Positions 17,759-27,261 of a DNA stretch of 64,000 nucleotides are shown in pieces. Origin of the DNA: Gemmatimonadota bacterium (GTDB lineage Bacteria; Gemmatimonadota; Gemmatimonadetes; Longimicrobiales; Gaopeijiaceae). The stretch covers positions 800,001 to 864,000 of the forward strand of contig JAXHMG010000003.1 in the NCBI GenBank assembly GCA_034521595.1, read 5' to 3'. A program made the position numbers and the translations under genes. Each line of letters opens with the position of its first letter. Position 1 is the stretch's first letter. A model generated the notes under the pieces. It was not told the DNA's origin, did no database searches, and saw only the letters and a program-made list of their open reading frames with translations.

Positions 17759-18484
17759 ATGAGCGCAGACGGTGAAGACCTGCGATACCGCCGGGTGCTC
17801 TTGAAGCTCTCCGGCGAAGCGCTGGCCGGAAACCGGGGCTTCGGGATCGAGCCTTCCGTCGTGGGCCAGTTGACCGACGAGATCCGTTCCCTCGTCGAGA
17901 TGGGGGTCTCGCTCGGCGTGGTCATCGGCGGTGGGAATATCGTGCGGGGCGCCATCGCTTCGCGCGAGGGAATGGACCGGGTGCAGGCCGACTACATGGG
18001 GATGCTGTCCACGGTCATCAATGCGTTGGCCGTCCAGGACCTGCTCGAGCACAAGAATGTCGAAGTCAGGGTGATGACCGCGATCCGCATGGACGAGGTC
18101 GCCGAGCCGTATATTCGGCGTCGGGCGATGCGCCATATGGAGTTGGGCCGTGTGGTCCTGTTCGCCGGTGGGACAGGCAACCCCTACTTCTCGACGGATA
18201 CCGCGGCGGTTCTCCGAGCGATCGAGATGGAGTCCGACGTGGTGATCAAGGCGACGAAGGTTCAAGGGGTTTTCACGGCGGATCCGGCCAAAGACCCCGA
18301 TGCCGAGTTCATCCCGCACATTACCTTTCAGGAGGTGATGTCGCGAGAGCTCGCGGTGATGGACCAGGCCGCGGTCTCCCTGTGCAAAGAGAACGGGCTT
18401 CCGATCATCGTCCTCAACCTCGAGCACCGGGGTGCGGTGGCGAGCGCGATCCGTGGTGAGCATATCGGAACCCTTGTAACGTAG
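17759..18484 (+). CDS. pyrH: UMP kinase
   Basis: RVLLKLSGEAL, GGGNIVRG, GTGNPYFSTDTAA. Confidence 0.98.
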   Translation: MSADGEDLRYRRVLLKLSGEALAGNRGFGIEPSVVGQLTDEIRSLVEMGVSLGVVIGGGNIVRGAIASREGMDRVQADYMGMLSTVINALAVQDLLEHKNVEVRVMTAIRMDEVAEPYIRRRAMRHMELGRVVLFAGGTGNPYFSTDTAAVLRAIEMESDVVIKATKVQGVFTADPAKDPDAEFIPHITFQEVMSRELAVMDQAAVSLCKENGLPIIVLNLEHRGAVASAIRGEHIGTLVT

Positions 18485-18576
18485 TCGACCGGACAGCATA
18501 CCCGTCCCTTCTCCCCGCTCGGGGGAGGCCCTTGCGTCGCGAGAGGGGGCTGACCGTCAGGAATCGGAGGGATTGG

Positions 18577-19128
18577 ATGCCGAACGTTGAGGATGCGAAA
18601 AAGCGGATGGAGGATGCGCTCGATGCGGTCCGCCGGGAGTTCGCGACGGTGCGAACCGGCAAGGCTTCGCCTGCGCTCCTCGACACCGTTCGGGTCGACG
18701 CCTACGGATCGAAGATCCCGTTGAACCAGGTCGCCACGGTGAACACGCCGGAGCCCACGCTGTTGGTCGTCCAGCCGTTCGACAAATCATTGATGGGAGA
18801 GATCGAGCGGGGCATTCAGGCCGCCGATCTCGGCCTGAATCCCGCGAACGACGGGAACGTGATCCGGGTACCCGTACCTTCCCTCAACGAGGAGCGGCGC
18901 AAGGAGTACGTGAAGTTGCTGCACAAGATGGCCGAAGACGGGCGGATATCGATTCGCCACGCTCGGCGTAACATTCGCGAGGACGTGCAGAAGCTCGTCA
19001 AGGAGCACGAGATCGGTGAGGACGAGGGACGTCGACGCGAGGAAGCGCTCGAGAAGCTCACTCAGGAGTACACCGAGAAGATCGAAGAGCTGCTCGAGAA
19101 GAAGGAAGAGGAGATCATGGCGATCTGA
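18577..19128 (+). CDS. frr: Ribosome recycling factor
   Basis: VRTGKASPALLD, LGLNPANDG, P.LNEERRKE; GGAGG SD before ATG 18577. Confidence 0.97.
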   Translation: MPNVEDAKKRMEDALDAVRREFATVRTGKASPALLDTVRVDAYGSKIPLNQVATVNTPEPTLLVVQPFDKSLMGEIERGIQAADLGLNPANDGNVIRVPVPSLNEERRKEYVKLLHKMAEDGRISIRHARRNIREDVQKLVKEHEIGEDEGRRREEALEKLTQEYTEKIEELLEKKEEEIMAI

Positions 19129-19217
19129 CGGTCGCCATCGTGAACCTTGCGCCACGCACCCTTGGGGTCCGCCGCGCGCCGGTCGACTCGAGGCTGCCGC
19201 ACGAGTGAGGGGGGCTG

Positions 19218-20102
19218 ATGGCTCGCGGTGAGCTCGCCCGGCGCTGGGCGGTGGCCCTCGTCGGTGTGCCGGTCGTCGTGGCCGTCCTTTACGTCGGCTC
19301 GTGGGCGCTGGCTTTGGTCCTCGGTCTCGCGGCCGGAATCGGTGCGGACGAGTGCTACCGCCTCGCGCGGCAGAAGGGGGTCCGTGCGGTTCGCCGGATC
19401 GGAATTCTCGCGACGGCCGCGGTGCCGGTGCTCGCATCCGTGACGCCGTCGGTCGAGGCCTTCGCGACGGCCGCCGTGGCGCTCCTCACCGTTGGCGTGC
19501 TCGTGACCCTGATGAGCGTCACCTTCGAGAACCGGGAGGGTGAAGGGCCGCTCATCACCGTGGCCGCCACGTTGTTGGCGCCTCTGTATATCGGATTGCC
19601 GCTGGCCATGATCCCGCTCCTGCTCATCCTTCCCGATTCGGCCCGTTGGGTCGGCGCGGCGGCTTCGCCGTGGGCCGGAGTCGCCATGGTGGCGCTGCCT
19701 CTCACTGCCACCTGGGTCGGCGACGCTACGGCGTTTTTCGCGGGTTCTGCCTGGGGACGACGCCGGTTGGCTCCACGCATCAGCCCGAACAAGAGCTGGG
19801 AGGGAGCTTTCGCCGGCGTGGGGGGGGCTGCGGTAGGGAGTATCGCGTGGTTGTGGGTGGTGTCGGCGGTGCTGCCCGCGATTCCGCTTTCCATGTTCGG
19901 TGTCGCGCTAGTGGGGGGCTTGTTGGGTGTGGCTGCCATCGTGGGCGACCTCGTGGAGTCCGTGCTGAAGCGGGACGCCGGTGTGAAGGACTCGGGCTCC
20001 CTGCTTCCGGGTCACGGGGGCGTGCTGGATCGCATCGACGCCCTCCTGTTCACGTTGCCCGTATCGTACGGGTTGCTGCGTGTGATGGAGTCGTTCGGAT
20101 GA
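19218..20102 (+). CDS. cdsA: Phosphatidate cytidylyltransferase
   Basis: ISPNKSWEG, GDLVESVLKRDAGVKDSGSLLPGHGGVLDRID. Confidence 0.96.
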   Translation: MARGELARRWAVALVGVPVVVAVLYVGSWALALVLGLAAGIGADECYRLARQKGVRAVRRIGILATAAVPVLASVTPSVEAFATAAVALLTVGVLVTLMSVTFENREGEGPLITVAATLLAPLYIGLPLAMIPLLLILPDSARWVGAAASPWAGVAMVALPLTATWVGDATAFFAGSAWGRRRLAPRISPNKSWEGAFAGVGGAAVGSIAWLWVVSAVLPAIPLSMFGVALVGGLLGVAAIVGDLVESVLKRDAGVKDSGSLLPGHGGVLDRIDALLFTLPVSYGLLRVMESFG

Positions 20103-21271
20103 TCCGCGTGGCGATTCTCGGGTCCACCGGGTCCATCGGTCGTAGCGCGCTGGAGATGATCTCCCGCAACCGGGAGTCCTTCGACGTGGTGGCCCTGACG
20201 GCGCACCGGAATGCGGATCTGTTGGAGGAGCAGGTGCGTCACTTCGCGCCACGCGTGGCCGTGCTGGCGGACGACAGGGAGCGTCTTCCGCCGCAATCCG
20301 GAAGGACGCGGTGGCACGGTGGCCGCGAGGCGCTCGTGGAGGTCGCGGGCCGCGAGGACGTGGATGTCGTCGTGAACGCGCTGGTCGGCGCGACCGGTCT
20401 CGAGCCGTCTCTCGCCGCCCTCGACGCGGGCCACCGACTCGCTTTGGCGAACAAGGAGTCCCTGGTCGCCGGTGGAGAGATCGTGCTGAAGGCCTGTCGT
20501 CGAGGGGGCGGGGAGATCGTGCCGATCGATTCGGAGCACAGCGCGATTCTGCAATGTCTGGATGGTCGGTCGCCCGAAAGCGTGCAACGGGTCGTGCTCA
20601 CCGCGTCGGGAGGACCGTTCAGAGGGTGGGGCGCGGACGTGCTCGGCGCGGTGCGCCCCGGGGACGCTCTGAACCATCCCACCTGGGACATGGGCGCGAA
20701 GATCTCGATCGACTCTGCTACGCTGGCGAACAAGGCGCTGGAGGTCATCGAGGCGCACTATCTGTACGGGCTCCCCTATGACCGGATCGACGCGGTCGTC
20801 CATCCCCAGTCCATCGTGCACTCCTTCGTGGAGTTCGTGGATGGATCCGTGCTCGCCCAGATGGGGTTTCCGACCATGGAGTTGCCCATCATGTACGCGT
20901 TGAGCTACCCGGCCCGAGTGAACGATCCCGAGCTTCGGACGTATGATCCCGTGGGCGCATCTCCGCTCACGTTCGAAGAGATCGACCACGGCGCGTTTCC
21001 GTTGTTTTCGTTGGGGTGCGAGGCCGGACGCAAGGGGCGGGCTGCTCCTGCGGCCTATAACGCCGCGAACGAGGTGGCGGTTCGGGCATTCCTGGATGAA
21101 CGAGTTAGGTTTACTGACATGGTGGATATCGTGAGGGAAGCCGTCGAGCGCGTTGGAACCGCGGAGGTTCGCGACGTCGAGGACGTGCTCGAGGTCGACG
21201 CGCAGGCGCGCTCCGCGGCGATTGCGGCGGAGGGACGGATCCTCGCGGCCAGGACGGGAATGCCTTCATGA
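20099..21271 (+). CDS. dxr: 1-deoxy-D-xylulose-5-phosphate reductoisomerase
   Basis: ILGSTGSIG, LALANKESLV, PIDSEH, HPTWDMGAKISIDSAT, NAANEVAV; ATGA overlap with cdsA. Confidence 0.97.
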   Translation: MIRVAILGSTGSIGRSALEMISRNRESFDVVALTAHRNADLLEEQVRHFAPRVAVLADDRERLPPQSGRTRWHGGREALVEVAGREDVDVVVNALVGATGLEPSLAALDAGHRLALANKESLVAGGEIVLKACRRGGGEIVPIDSEHSAILQCLDGRSPESVQRVVLTASGGPFRGWGADVLGAVRPGDALNHPTWDMGAKISIDSATLANKALEVIEAHYLYGLPYDRIDAVVHPQSIVHSFVEFVDGSVLAQMGFPTMELPIMYALSYPARVNDPELRTYDPVGASPLTFEEIDHGAFPLFSLGCEAGRKGRAAPAAYNAANEVAVRAFLDERVRFTDMVDIVREAVERVGTAEVRDVEDVLEVDAQARSAAIAAEGRILAARTGMPS

Positions 21272-22626
21272 CGATTCTCGCGACCATCATCGTGCTCGGA
21301 GTGCTCATCTTCGTGCACGAGCTGGGACATTTCGCGGCTGCCAAAGCCGTGGGCGTGGAAGTTCAACGGTTTTCGATCGGGCTCGGGCCGAAGGTGCTGG
21401 GATTCCAGCGTGGCGAGACCGAATACGTGCTGAGCGCGATTCCGTTGGGCGGATATGTGAAGATGGGCGGTATGGATGACGAGGTGATGGAGCGCCTCGA
21501 AGGTGGTGCGACCGATGCGCCTCGCATACCGAACGAGCGTGATTTCGACGCGAAGCCGATCTGGGCGCGCGCGTTCGTGATCTCGGCCGGGGTGATCATG
21601 AACATGCTGTTCGCCTTTGGAACCTACGGCTTTCTCGCCGTCAACTACGGCGTACCCGAGTACGATTCCACTCGCGTCGGGGCGGTGGTCGAGGAGTCCC
21701 TCCCCGCCGGTACGGAAGCGCTCGCGAGCCTCGATGCGGGGAGTCGCGTGCTCCGGGTGGGCGATGCGGAGACCGAGCACTGGGGCGATGTGCAGCGCCT
21801 GATTTTGAACGCCGAGGCCGGTCCGCTCACGATCGCGTTCGCCGAGCCCTCGCGAGAGGTCGAGATTCGCGTGCCCGAAGGACCCGAGGAGCGTCGTGAC
21901 CTCGTGGGCGCCATCTCGGCGTGGATCGAGGCTGGGGTCGGAGCGGTGAACCCGGGCTCGCCGGCGGACGAAGCCGGGCTCGAAGCAGGCGACCGCATCG
22001 TGGCCGTGGCGGGGGAGTCGGTCGAGAATTGGTGGGAGTTCGTGGAGGAGGTCGAAGCACGACCGGGCGAGCGCGTGGAGCTCACGATCGTGCGGGAGGG
22101 GCGGGAGCTCATACGCGCCGTCACGTTGGATTCCGCCACCGAGACCCGTCCCGACGGGACGACGGTTGAGGTGGGGCGAGCTGGCGTGTACCCGCCGCAG
22201 CTCGCCACGACCTACCGTGACGTTCCGGTCCGTGAAGCCGTGGCGTACGGGTATCGGGAGACGGTGGGGGTGACCGGAATGATCGTCGGCTTCCTCGGGG
22301 ATCTCGTCACCGGCAATATCTCGCCGCGCTCCATGGGGAGCATCGTCACGATCGGTGAGGCGTCGGGACAGGCTGCCGCGGCCGGCTTCGATCAGTTTCT
22401 GCGGTTCATGGCCCTGTTCAGTGTGAACCTCGCCGTGCTGAACCTGCTGCCGATTCCGGTGCTCGACGGTGGGCACTTGGTGTTCCTCGGCATCGAAGCG
22501 GTGCGCGGTGGCCGTGGTCTCACGGTGGAGCAGCGCCTGAAGTGGAGCAACGTCGGGTTCCTCATCGTCGTGGGCATCATGGTCTGGGCGCTGTCGAACG
22601 ACTTCCTGAGGCTTTTGGGGATGTAA
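21268..22626 (+). CDS. rseP: RIP metalloprotease RseP (M50, two PDZ domains)
   Basis: HELGH, PLGGYVKM, NLLPIPVLDGGH. Confidence 0.96.
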   Translation: MTILATIIVLGVLIFVHELGHFAAAKAVGVEVQRFSIGLGPKVLGFQRGETEYVLSAIPLGGYVKMGGMDDEVMERLEGGATDAPRIPNERDFDAKPIWARAFVISAGVIMNMLFAFGTYGFLAVNYGVPEYDSTRVGAVVEESLPAGTEALASLDAGSRVLRVGDAETEHWGDVQRLILNAEAGPLTIAFAEPSREVEIRVPEGPEERRDLVGAISAWIEAGVGAVNPGSPADEAGLEAGDRIVAVAGESVENWWEFVEEVEARPGERVELTIVREGRELIRAVTLDSATETRPDGTTVEVGRAGVYPPQLATTYRDVPVREAVAYGYRETVGVTGMIVGFLGDLVTGNISPRSMGSIVTIGEASGQAAAAGFDQFLRFMALFSVNLAVLNLLPIPVLDGGHLVFLGIEAVRGGRGLTVEQRLKWSNVGFLIVVGIMVWALSNDFLRLLGM

Positions 22627-22662
22627 CGGGTGAGGTAGTGCGCCTGCTCCGGGCCGCCGCCT

Positions 22663-23484
22663 TCAGAGTAGGGTGAGTTGGGACGGGCCGGTGCGGTGGC
22701 GAAGCGCGGCCACGTCGAAGAGCGGAGTCGGCGCGTCCTGGGTCGCGACTTCTAGGTGGCCTTGCCATCCTGCTCGGGAGAGGGCCTTGCCGACCACTGC
22801 CCGGGCGATATCGGGGCGATTGGCCTGCCGGGACAGGTGAGCGAGAACCACGCACATGAGGCGGGGATGGAGTAGCTCACACGCGAGCTGCGCCGCGGCT
22901 TGGTTGGACAGGTGGCCGTGGCTCGACGTGATGCGGCGCTTCACGGAGGCCGGATAGGAGCACTCGTGCAGGAGCACTTCGTCGTGGTTGGCCTCCAGCA
23001 CGAGAATGTCGCAGCCGGCCAGGGCGTGCCGGCTCTGAGCGTTCGGGCGCCCCAAGTCGGTCGCCACGCCCAAGCGCGTGCCGGTTCTCGGATCCGACAC
23101 GGTGACCCCGACCGGGTCCGCCGCGTCGTGCACCGTGATGTACGGCTCGATGCGGAGCGAGCCGACGTGGAATGCCCGGTTCGCACGGTATTCGACGATG
23201 CGCTCCGTGCCCGTGAGGAGTCGGTCGCATGCCTGCCGGGTAGTTTCGGTCATGTACAGGGGGGTGCCGTGCCGACGGGCGAAGACGCCCATGCCTCGGG
23301 TGTGATCCCCGTGGTCGTGCGTGACGACGATCCCGTGGACCTGTTCGGGCGAGAACTCCAACGCCTCGAGCCTCTGGGCGATGCGCCGTGCGCTGAACCC
23401 GGCGTCCACCAGGACGTTGGTATCTTCGGCCGAGGCCAGCACGGAGTTTCCTTCGCTGCCGCTTCCCAGGACGGCGACCCTCAT
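22663..23484 (-). CDS. MBL-fold metallo-hydrolase (YycJ/WalJ-like)
   Basis: LGSGSEGN, THDHGDH, HDAADP, ATDLG, LEANHD, GHLSN, LAHLS. Confidence 0.88.
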   Translation of the reverse strand: MRVAVLGSGSEGNSVLASAEDTNVLVDAGFSARRIAQRLEALEFSPEQVHGIVVTHDHGDHTRGMGVFARRHGTPLYMTETTRQACDRLLTGTERIVEYRANRAFHVGSLRIEPYITVHDAADPVGVTVSDPRTGTRLGVATDLGRPNAQSRHALAGCDILVLEANHDEVLLHECSYPASVKRRITSSHGHLSNQAAAQLACELLHPRLMCVVLAHLSRQANRPDIARAVVGKALSRAGWQGHLEVATQDAPTPLFDVAALRHRTGPSQLTLL

Positions 23485-23491
23485 GGCGTCG

Positions 23492-24733
23492 TCATGCCCC
23501 GCTCGGCTGGTGGGTGCGGCGGATCTCGACCGTGTCGTACCAAGCTTGCTCGAGCAGGGCGCGGGCGTCCGGAGTGAGCACGACGTCCCTCCTGCCCATC
23601 GCGCGCTCGGCGCTCTCCAGGAATTTGTCCAAGCGGTAGTCGGTGAGATCCGAGCCGGAACCCCAACTGAACGGGGGCACCATGACCGGCGGCATCGCTC
23701 CTCCGAACAGGTTGCTGCCGGCTCCCACCACGGTTCCGGTGTTCAGCACCGTACCGATCCCCGTCTTCACGTGGTCGCCCAGGAAGCAGCCGACCTTCAT
23801 GAGCCCCGTGTCGGTGGGGCCGGCGGGTGTCCAGACCGCCACCGAGCCGTAGTTGTTCTTGAGGTCCGAGTTGGTCGTCAGCGCTCCGAGGTTGACCCAG
23901 CGGCCGAGGAGGGCGTGTCCCATGTAACCGTCGTGGGCTTTGTTCACGTAACCGAGCAGGACCGAGTCGGCGACCTCGCCCCGCACCTTGCAGATCGGAC
24001 CGATGGAGGAGCGTTCCACGTGTCCCCCGAGCACGGTGCTGCCCGAGCCGATGTGGAGGGGGCCCACGAGCCGGGCGGGTGCCTCGACGCGCGCCCCGGC
24101 CTCCAGCCGCACGGGGCCGCCCCGGAGGTCCACGACGACGCCGGGCTCCATCTCCGCGCCGGACGCGATCGAGAGCCTTCCCTCGCCCACCCGGTGCACA
24201 CCCGGGAGGGAGGCAGTGTCCGACCACAGCGCTTCGGCGTCGCGCCTTATCCGGTCCGGGTTCCGACGCACCAGATCCCACGGCGCTTCGAGAATCTCAC
24301 CGGAGAGCTCGACCTCTTCCGGGTGCTCTCCGGGCTCCGCGGTCGTGTCGAGGAGGGAGGCGTCGGATGGAAACGCACTGCCGTCCGGGATGATCCACCC
24401 GACCGTCTCTCCAGCCACCACGAGTCGAGCCGGACCTTCGGGCAGGGGCGCGTCGCGGAGGTCGAGTGCGCAGCGGCTCGTGAGGAGTACGCTCCCTCCT
24501 TCGAGTCCACGCGCTACCTCGGGCGGGATCGTTCCGGGGGCTTCGACTTCGTCATAGCGAGCGAGGCCGTCTCGCGTGAGATGGCCCTCGCACCGGAGAC
24601 CCAAGGCGCGCTCGGCGCGGGCTCTCAGGGTCATGGAGCCGAAGAGGATCTCACCCGCCGGTCGGGTGGTGGTGAACGGCTCCCATGACCGTGCACGCGC
24701 ATCGTCGAACAGGAGAAGTCTGCGGTGGCTCAA
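23492..24733 (-). CDS. Alternative GlmU-like sugar nucleotidyltransferase/acetyltransferase with left-handed beta-helix
   Basis: PFTTTRP..EILFG N-terminus; GEVADS, NKAHDGYMGH, WVNLGA.T.NSDLKNNY, GDHVKTGI. Confidence 0.8.
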   Translation of the reverse strand: MSHRRLLLFDDARARSWEPFTTTRPAGEILFGSMTLRARAERALGLRCEGHLTRDGLARYDEVEAPGTIPPEVARGLEGGSVLLTSRCALDLRDAPLPEGPARLVVAGETVGWIIPDGSAFPSDASLLDTTAEPGEHPEEVELSGEILEAPWDLVRRNPDRIRRDAEALWSDTASLPGVHRVGEGRLSIASGAEMEPGVVVDLRGGPVRLEAGARVEAPARLVGPLHIGSGSTVLGGHVERSSIGPICKVRGEVADSVLLGYVNKAHDGYMGHALLGRWVNLGALTTNSDLKNNYGSVAVWTPAGPTDTGLMKVGCFLGDHVKTGIGTVLNTGTVVGAGSNLFGGAMPPVMVPPFSWGSGSDLTDYRLDKFLESAERAMGRRDVVLTPDARALLEQAWYDTVEIRRTHQPSGA

Positions 24734-24784
24734 ATCGACGGACCCCTCGAACGGGGGGAGCCGCGAAAGAGGGACTGTCTGTCG

Positions 24785-25189
24785 TCAGGGTGCATCGAAA
24801 ATCTCGTGGATCCTGGCCAGGAGCTTCATCGGGCTGAAGGGCTTCGTCACGAAATCGACCGCGCCTCCGGCCAGCGCCAGATCGCGGTCGGTGTCCTGCC
24901 CCTTGGCCGTCAGGATGATGACGGGGATTCCCGTGCCGTCCGGGTCCGAGCGGATCTGGGCAAGCACCTCGAGCCCGTTGGCTCCAGGCATCATCAAGTC
25001 CAAGAGAACCAGGTCGGGCGCGTTCTCCGTGATGGACGACAATCCTTCGGCGCCGTCACACGCTTCCGTTACCCGAAACCCTTCGGCTTCCAACCGCGCG
25101 GAGAGGAGGCGGCGGATGTGCGGCTCGTCGTCGACGATGAGGATCCGCTTGGGAGACACCGCGCGGCGTTCGTCCGACACCGTTCGCAC
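24785..25189 (-). CDS. Single-domain response regulator (receiver only)
   Basis: ILIVDDE, LLDLMMPG, ILTA, KPFSP; no output domain. Confidence 0.9.
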   Translation of the reverse strand: MRTVSDERRAVSPKRILIVDDEPHIRRLLSARLEAEGFRVTEACDGAEGLSSITENAPDLVLLDLMMPGANGLEVLAQIRSDPDGTGIPVIILTAKGQDTDRDLALAGGAVDFVTKPFSPMKLLARIHEIFDAP

Positions 25190-25255
25190 CTCGCTCGGGA
25201 AAGAGAACGCGTTCCCGTCGCACGCATTCGAGCATGCCCGTCGGGATGCGGCGGG

Positions 25256-25284
25256 AACCTACCCGGCGGCCGGGGTAAAGTCAA
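25256..25284 (-). promoter_or_regulatory. Sigma70-type promoter for the receiver/GlmU-like/MBL operon
   Basis: Minus strand TTGACT-N17-TAGGTT. Confidence 0.6.
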
Positions 25285-25306
25285 GCAATCCAAGGGCTTT
25301 TCGGGG

Positions 25307-25335
25307 TTGACCGACGTTCGGGCTCCCGACAAGTT
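25307..25335 (+). promoter_or_regulatory. Possible divergent sigma70-type promoter for the lipoprotein-serS operon
   Basis: TTGACC-N17-CAAGTT. Confidence 0.4.
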
Positions 25336-25344
25336 CTCGGGCCT

Positions 25345-25956
25345 GTGAAGCCCCCGTGCCGGTACCCGAATGTGACTAACGAACTGCGTTCCGGGCGTCC
25401 CCATGCGCCCAAGCTCGCCGCTCTCGCTGCGGTCTTTACCCTTGGACTCGCCGCCTGTGGAGGCGATCCCTTCTCGTTCAATTGGAGTGACGAGCCGGAC
25501 ACGGTCGTGTTGCACTCCCTGGCACGACCCGAGATGAATCTCCTTTCCGGGTATAACTTCTTCGAAGGCTCGCGTGTGCCGATCGAGTCGCCCAACGCCA
25601 CGGGAGCGTGGGACGTGGCGCTTGATACGCGCGGGGACGAAATGGTCTTTCTGCCACCGGGTGCATTGGGCGTGAGCTCGCGGGCGAGAATCGCGGTGCT
25701 GGAAGGACTCGGGCTGGATGACGTCGTGGAAGCTCCGAACGATAGCACGGAATTCGTGTCGGACGTGCCCGTTACGATCCGTCTGGGAACGACCTATGTG
25801 GTGAAAACCGGTCAGCGACGGGGCTCGTTCGGACGAAACTGCGTCTATTATGCGAAGCTCGAGCCGATTGCCCTCGACGTGGCGGATGGCCGGCTCACTT
25901 TCCATGAAGTGACCAACCCGGTCTGTAACAACCGTAGCCTCATACCGCCCGACTGA
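25345..25956 (+). CDS. Hypothetical lipoprotein
   Basis: Hydrophobic stretch ending in lipobox LAAC-GG; TGATG coupling to serS; true start may be downstream (e.g. GTG 25372). Confidence 0.75.
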   Translation: MKPPCRYPNVTNELRSGRPHAPKLAALAAVFTLGLAACGGDPFSFNWSDEPDTVVLHSLARPEMNLLSGYNFFEGSRVPIESPNATGAWDVALDTRGDEMVFLPPGALGVSSRARIAVLEGLGLDDVVEAPNDSTEFVSDVPVTIRLGTTYVVKTGQRRGSFGRNCVYYAKLEPIALDVADGRLTFHEVTNPVCNNRSLIPPD

Positions 25957-27236
25957 TGCTGGACCTGCGGTGGATTCGCCAGGACCCCGACGGAGTGCGG
26001 GAGGCGCTGGCCAAGCGTGATCCGGGCCTGTCGGACGCCATCGACCGTGTGCTGGCTCTCGACCAAGAGCGCCGGGACGCCCTGGGCACGGTGAACGAGC
26101 TCAAGGCTGAGAGGAACCGGTCTTCCAAGGCCATCGGGGAGCTCAAGCGCAAGGGGGAAGACGCGAGCGGACTGGTGGCCGAGATGCGTCGGGTCGGGGA
26201 GCGGATCGACGCCCTCGACGAGCAGGTGGGCCAATCCGAGGAACGCATCCGCGCGTTGCTCTTGGAGCTGCCGAACGCGCCGCTTCCCGAGGTTCCCGAA
26301 GGGACCGAGGACGACAACGTGGTGGCCGCGGTCGAGGGTGAGCCGAGCTCGTTCGACTTCGAGCCGAAGCCGCACTGGGAGATCGGCGAAGCCCTGGGAA
26401 TTCTGGATCTCCAGAGGGGATCGGTCGTCAGCGGGTCCGGTTTCACGGTGTTGCGCGGCGACGGCGCCCGTCTGCAGCGCGGACTCATCAATTTCTTTCT
26501 GGACGTGCACGTTCAGGAGCACGGATACGAAGAAGTTCGGGTTCCGTATCTCGTGAACCGAGAGTCCATGGTCGGCACCGGCCAACTCCCGAAGTTCGCT
26601 GAGGAGTCGTATCTGGCGGAGCGCGACGATCTGTGGCTCATCCCGACCGCCGAGGTGCCGGTCACCAACCTCTACCGGGACGAGCTCCTGGGCTTCGACG
26701 AACTTCCACTGAAGTTCACGGCCTACTCACCCTGCTTCCGGCGTGAGGCCGGTGCGGCGGGGAAGGACACGCGGGGTCTCTTGCGTGTGCATCAGTTCGA
26801 CAAGGTCGAGCTGGTGCGATACGAAGCACCGGAGCGGAGCGACGAGGCGCTCGGGGAGCTCCTTTCCGAGGCCGAGGTCCTGCTCCGGCGGCTCGGCCTA
26901 CATTACCGTCGGGTGTTGCTGGCGTCGGCGGATCTGGGGCAGAGCGGAGCCATGACGTACGACCTGGAGGTGTGGGCGCCCGGTGTCGGGCGGTGGCTCG
27001 AGGTGTCGAGCTGTACGACCTTCACGGATTACCAGGCTCGGCGCGCGAACATCCGCTTCCGGCGAACGCAATCCGAAAAACCGGAGTTCGTGCACACCTT
27101 GAACGGCTCCGCGCTCGCGCTCCCCCGCGTGGTTGCAGCGTTGCTGGAAACGTACCAGTGTGCGGACGGAAGCGTCGAGTTACCGGAGGTCCTGAACCGC
27201 TACACGGGACTCGAGCGGCTGTCCTCGTCCGGGTGA
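25956..27236 (+). CDS. serS: Serine--tRNA ligase
   Basis: MLDLRWIR, TGQLPKF, LIPTAEVP, CFRREAG, GLLRVHQFDKVE, EVSSC, HTLNGS. Confidence 0.98.
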   Translation: MLDLRWIRQDPDGVREALAKRDPGLSDAIDRVLALDQERRDALGTVNELKAERNRSSKAIGELKRKGEDASGLVAEMRRVGERIDALDEQVGQSEERIRALLLELPNAPLPEVPEGTEDDNVVAAVEGEPSSFDFEPKPHWEIGEALGILDLQRGSVVSGSGFTVLRGDGARLQRGLINFFLDVHVQEHGYEEVRVPYLVNRESMVGTGQLPKFAEESYLAERDDLWLIPTAEVPVTNLYRDELLGFDELPLKFTAYSPCFRREAGAAGKDTRGLLRVHQFDKVELVRYEAPERSDEALGELLSEAEVLLRRLGLHYRRVLLASADLGQSGAMTYDLEVWAPGVGRWLEVSSCTTFTDYQARRANIRFRRTQSEKPEFVHTLNGSALALPRVVAALLETYQCADGSVELPEVLNRYTGLERLSSSG

Positions 27237-27261
27237 GGCGCGGGCTGCGTGCCGGGGCGCC

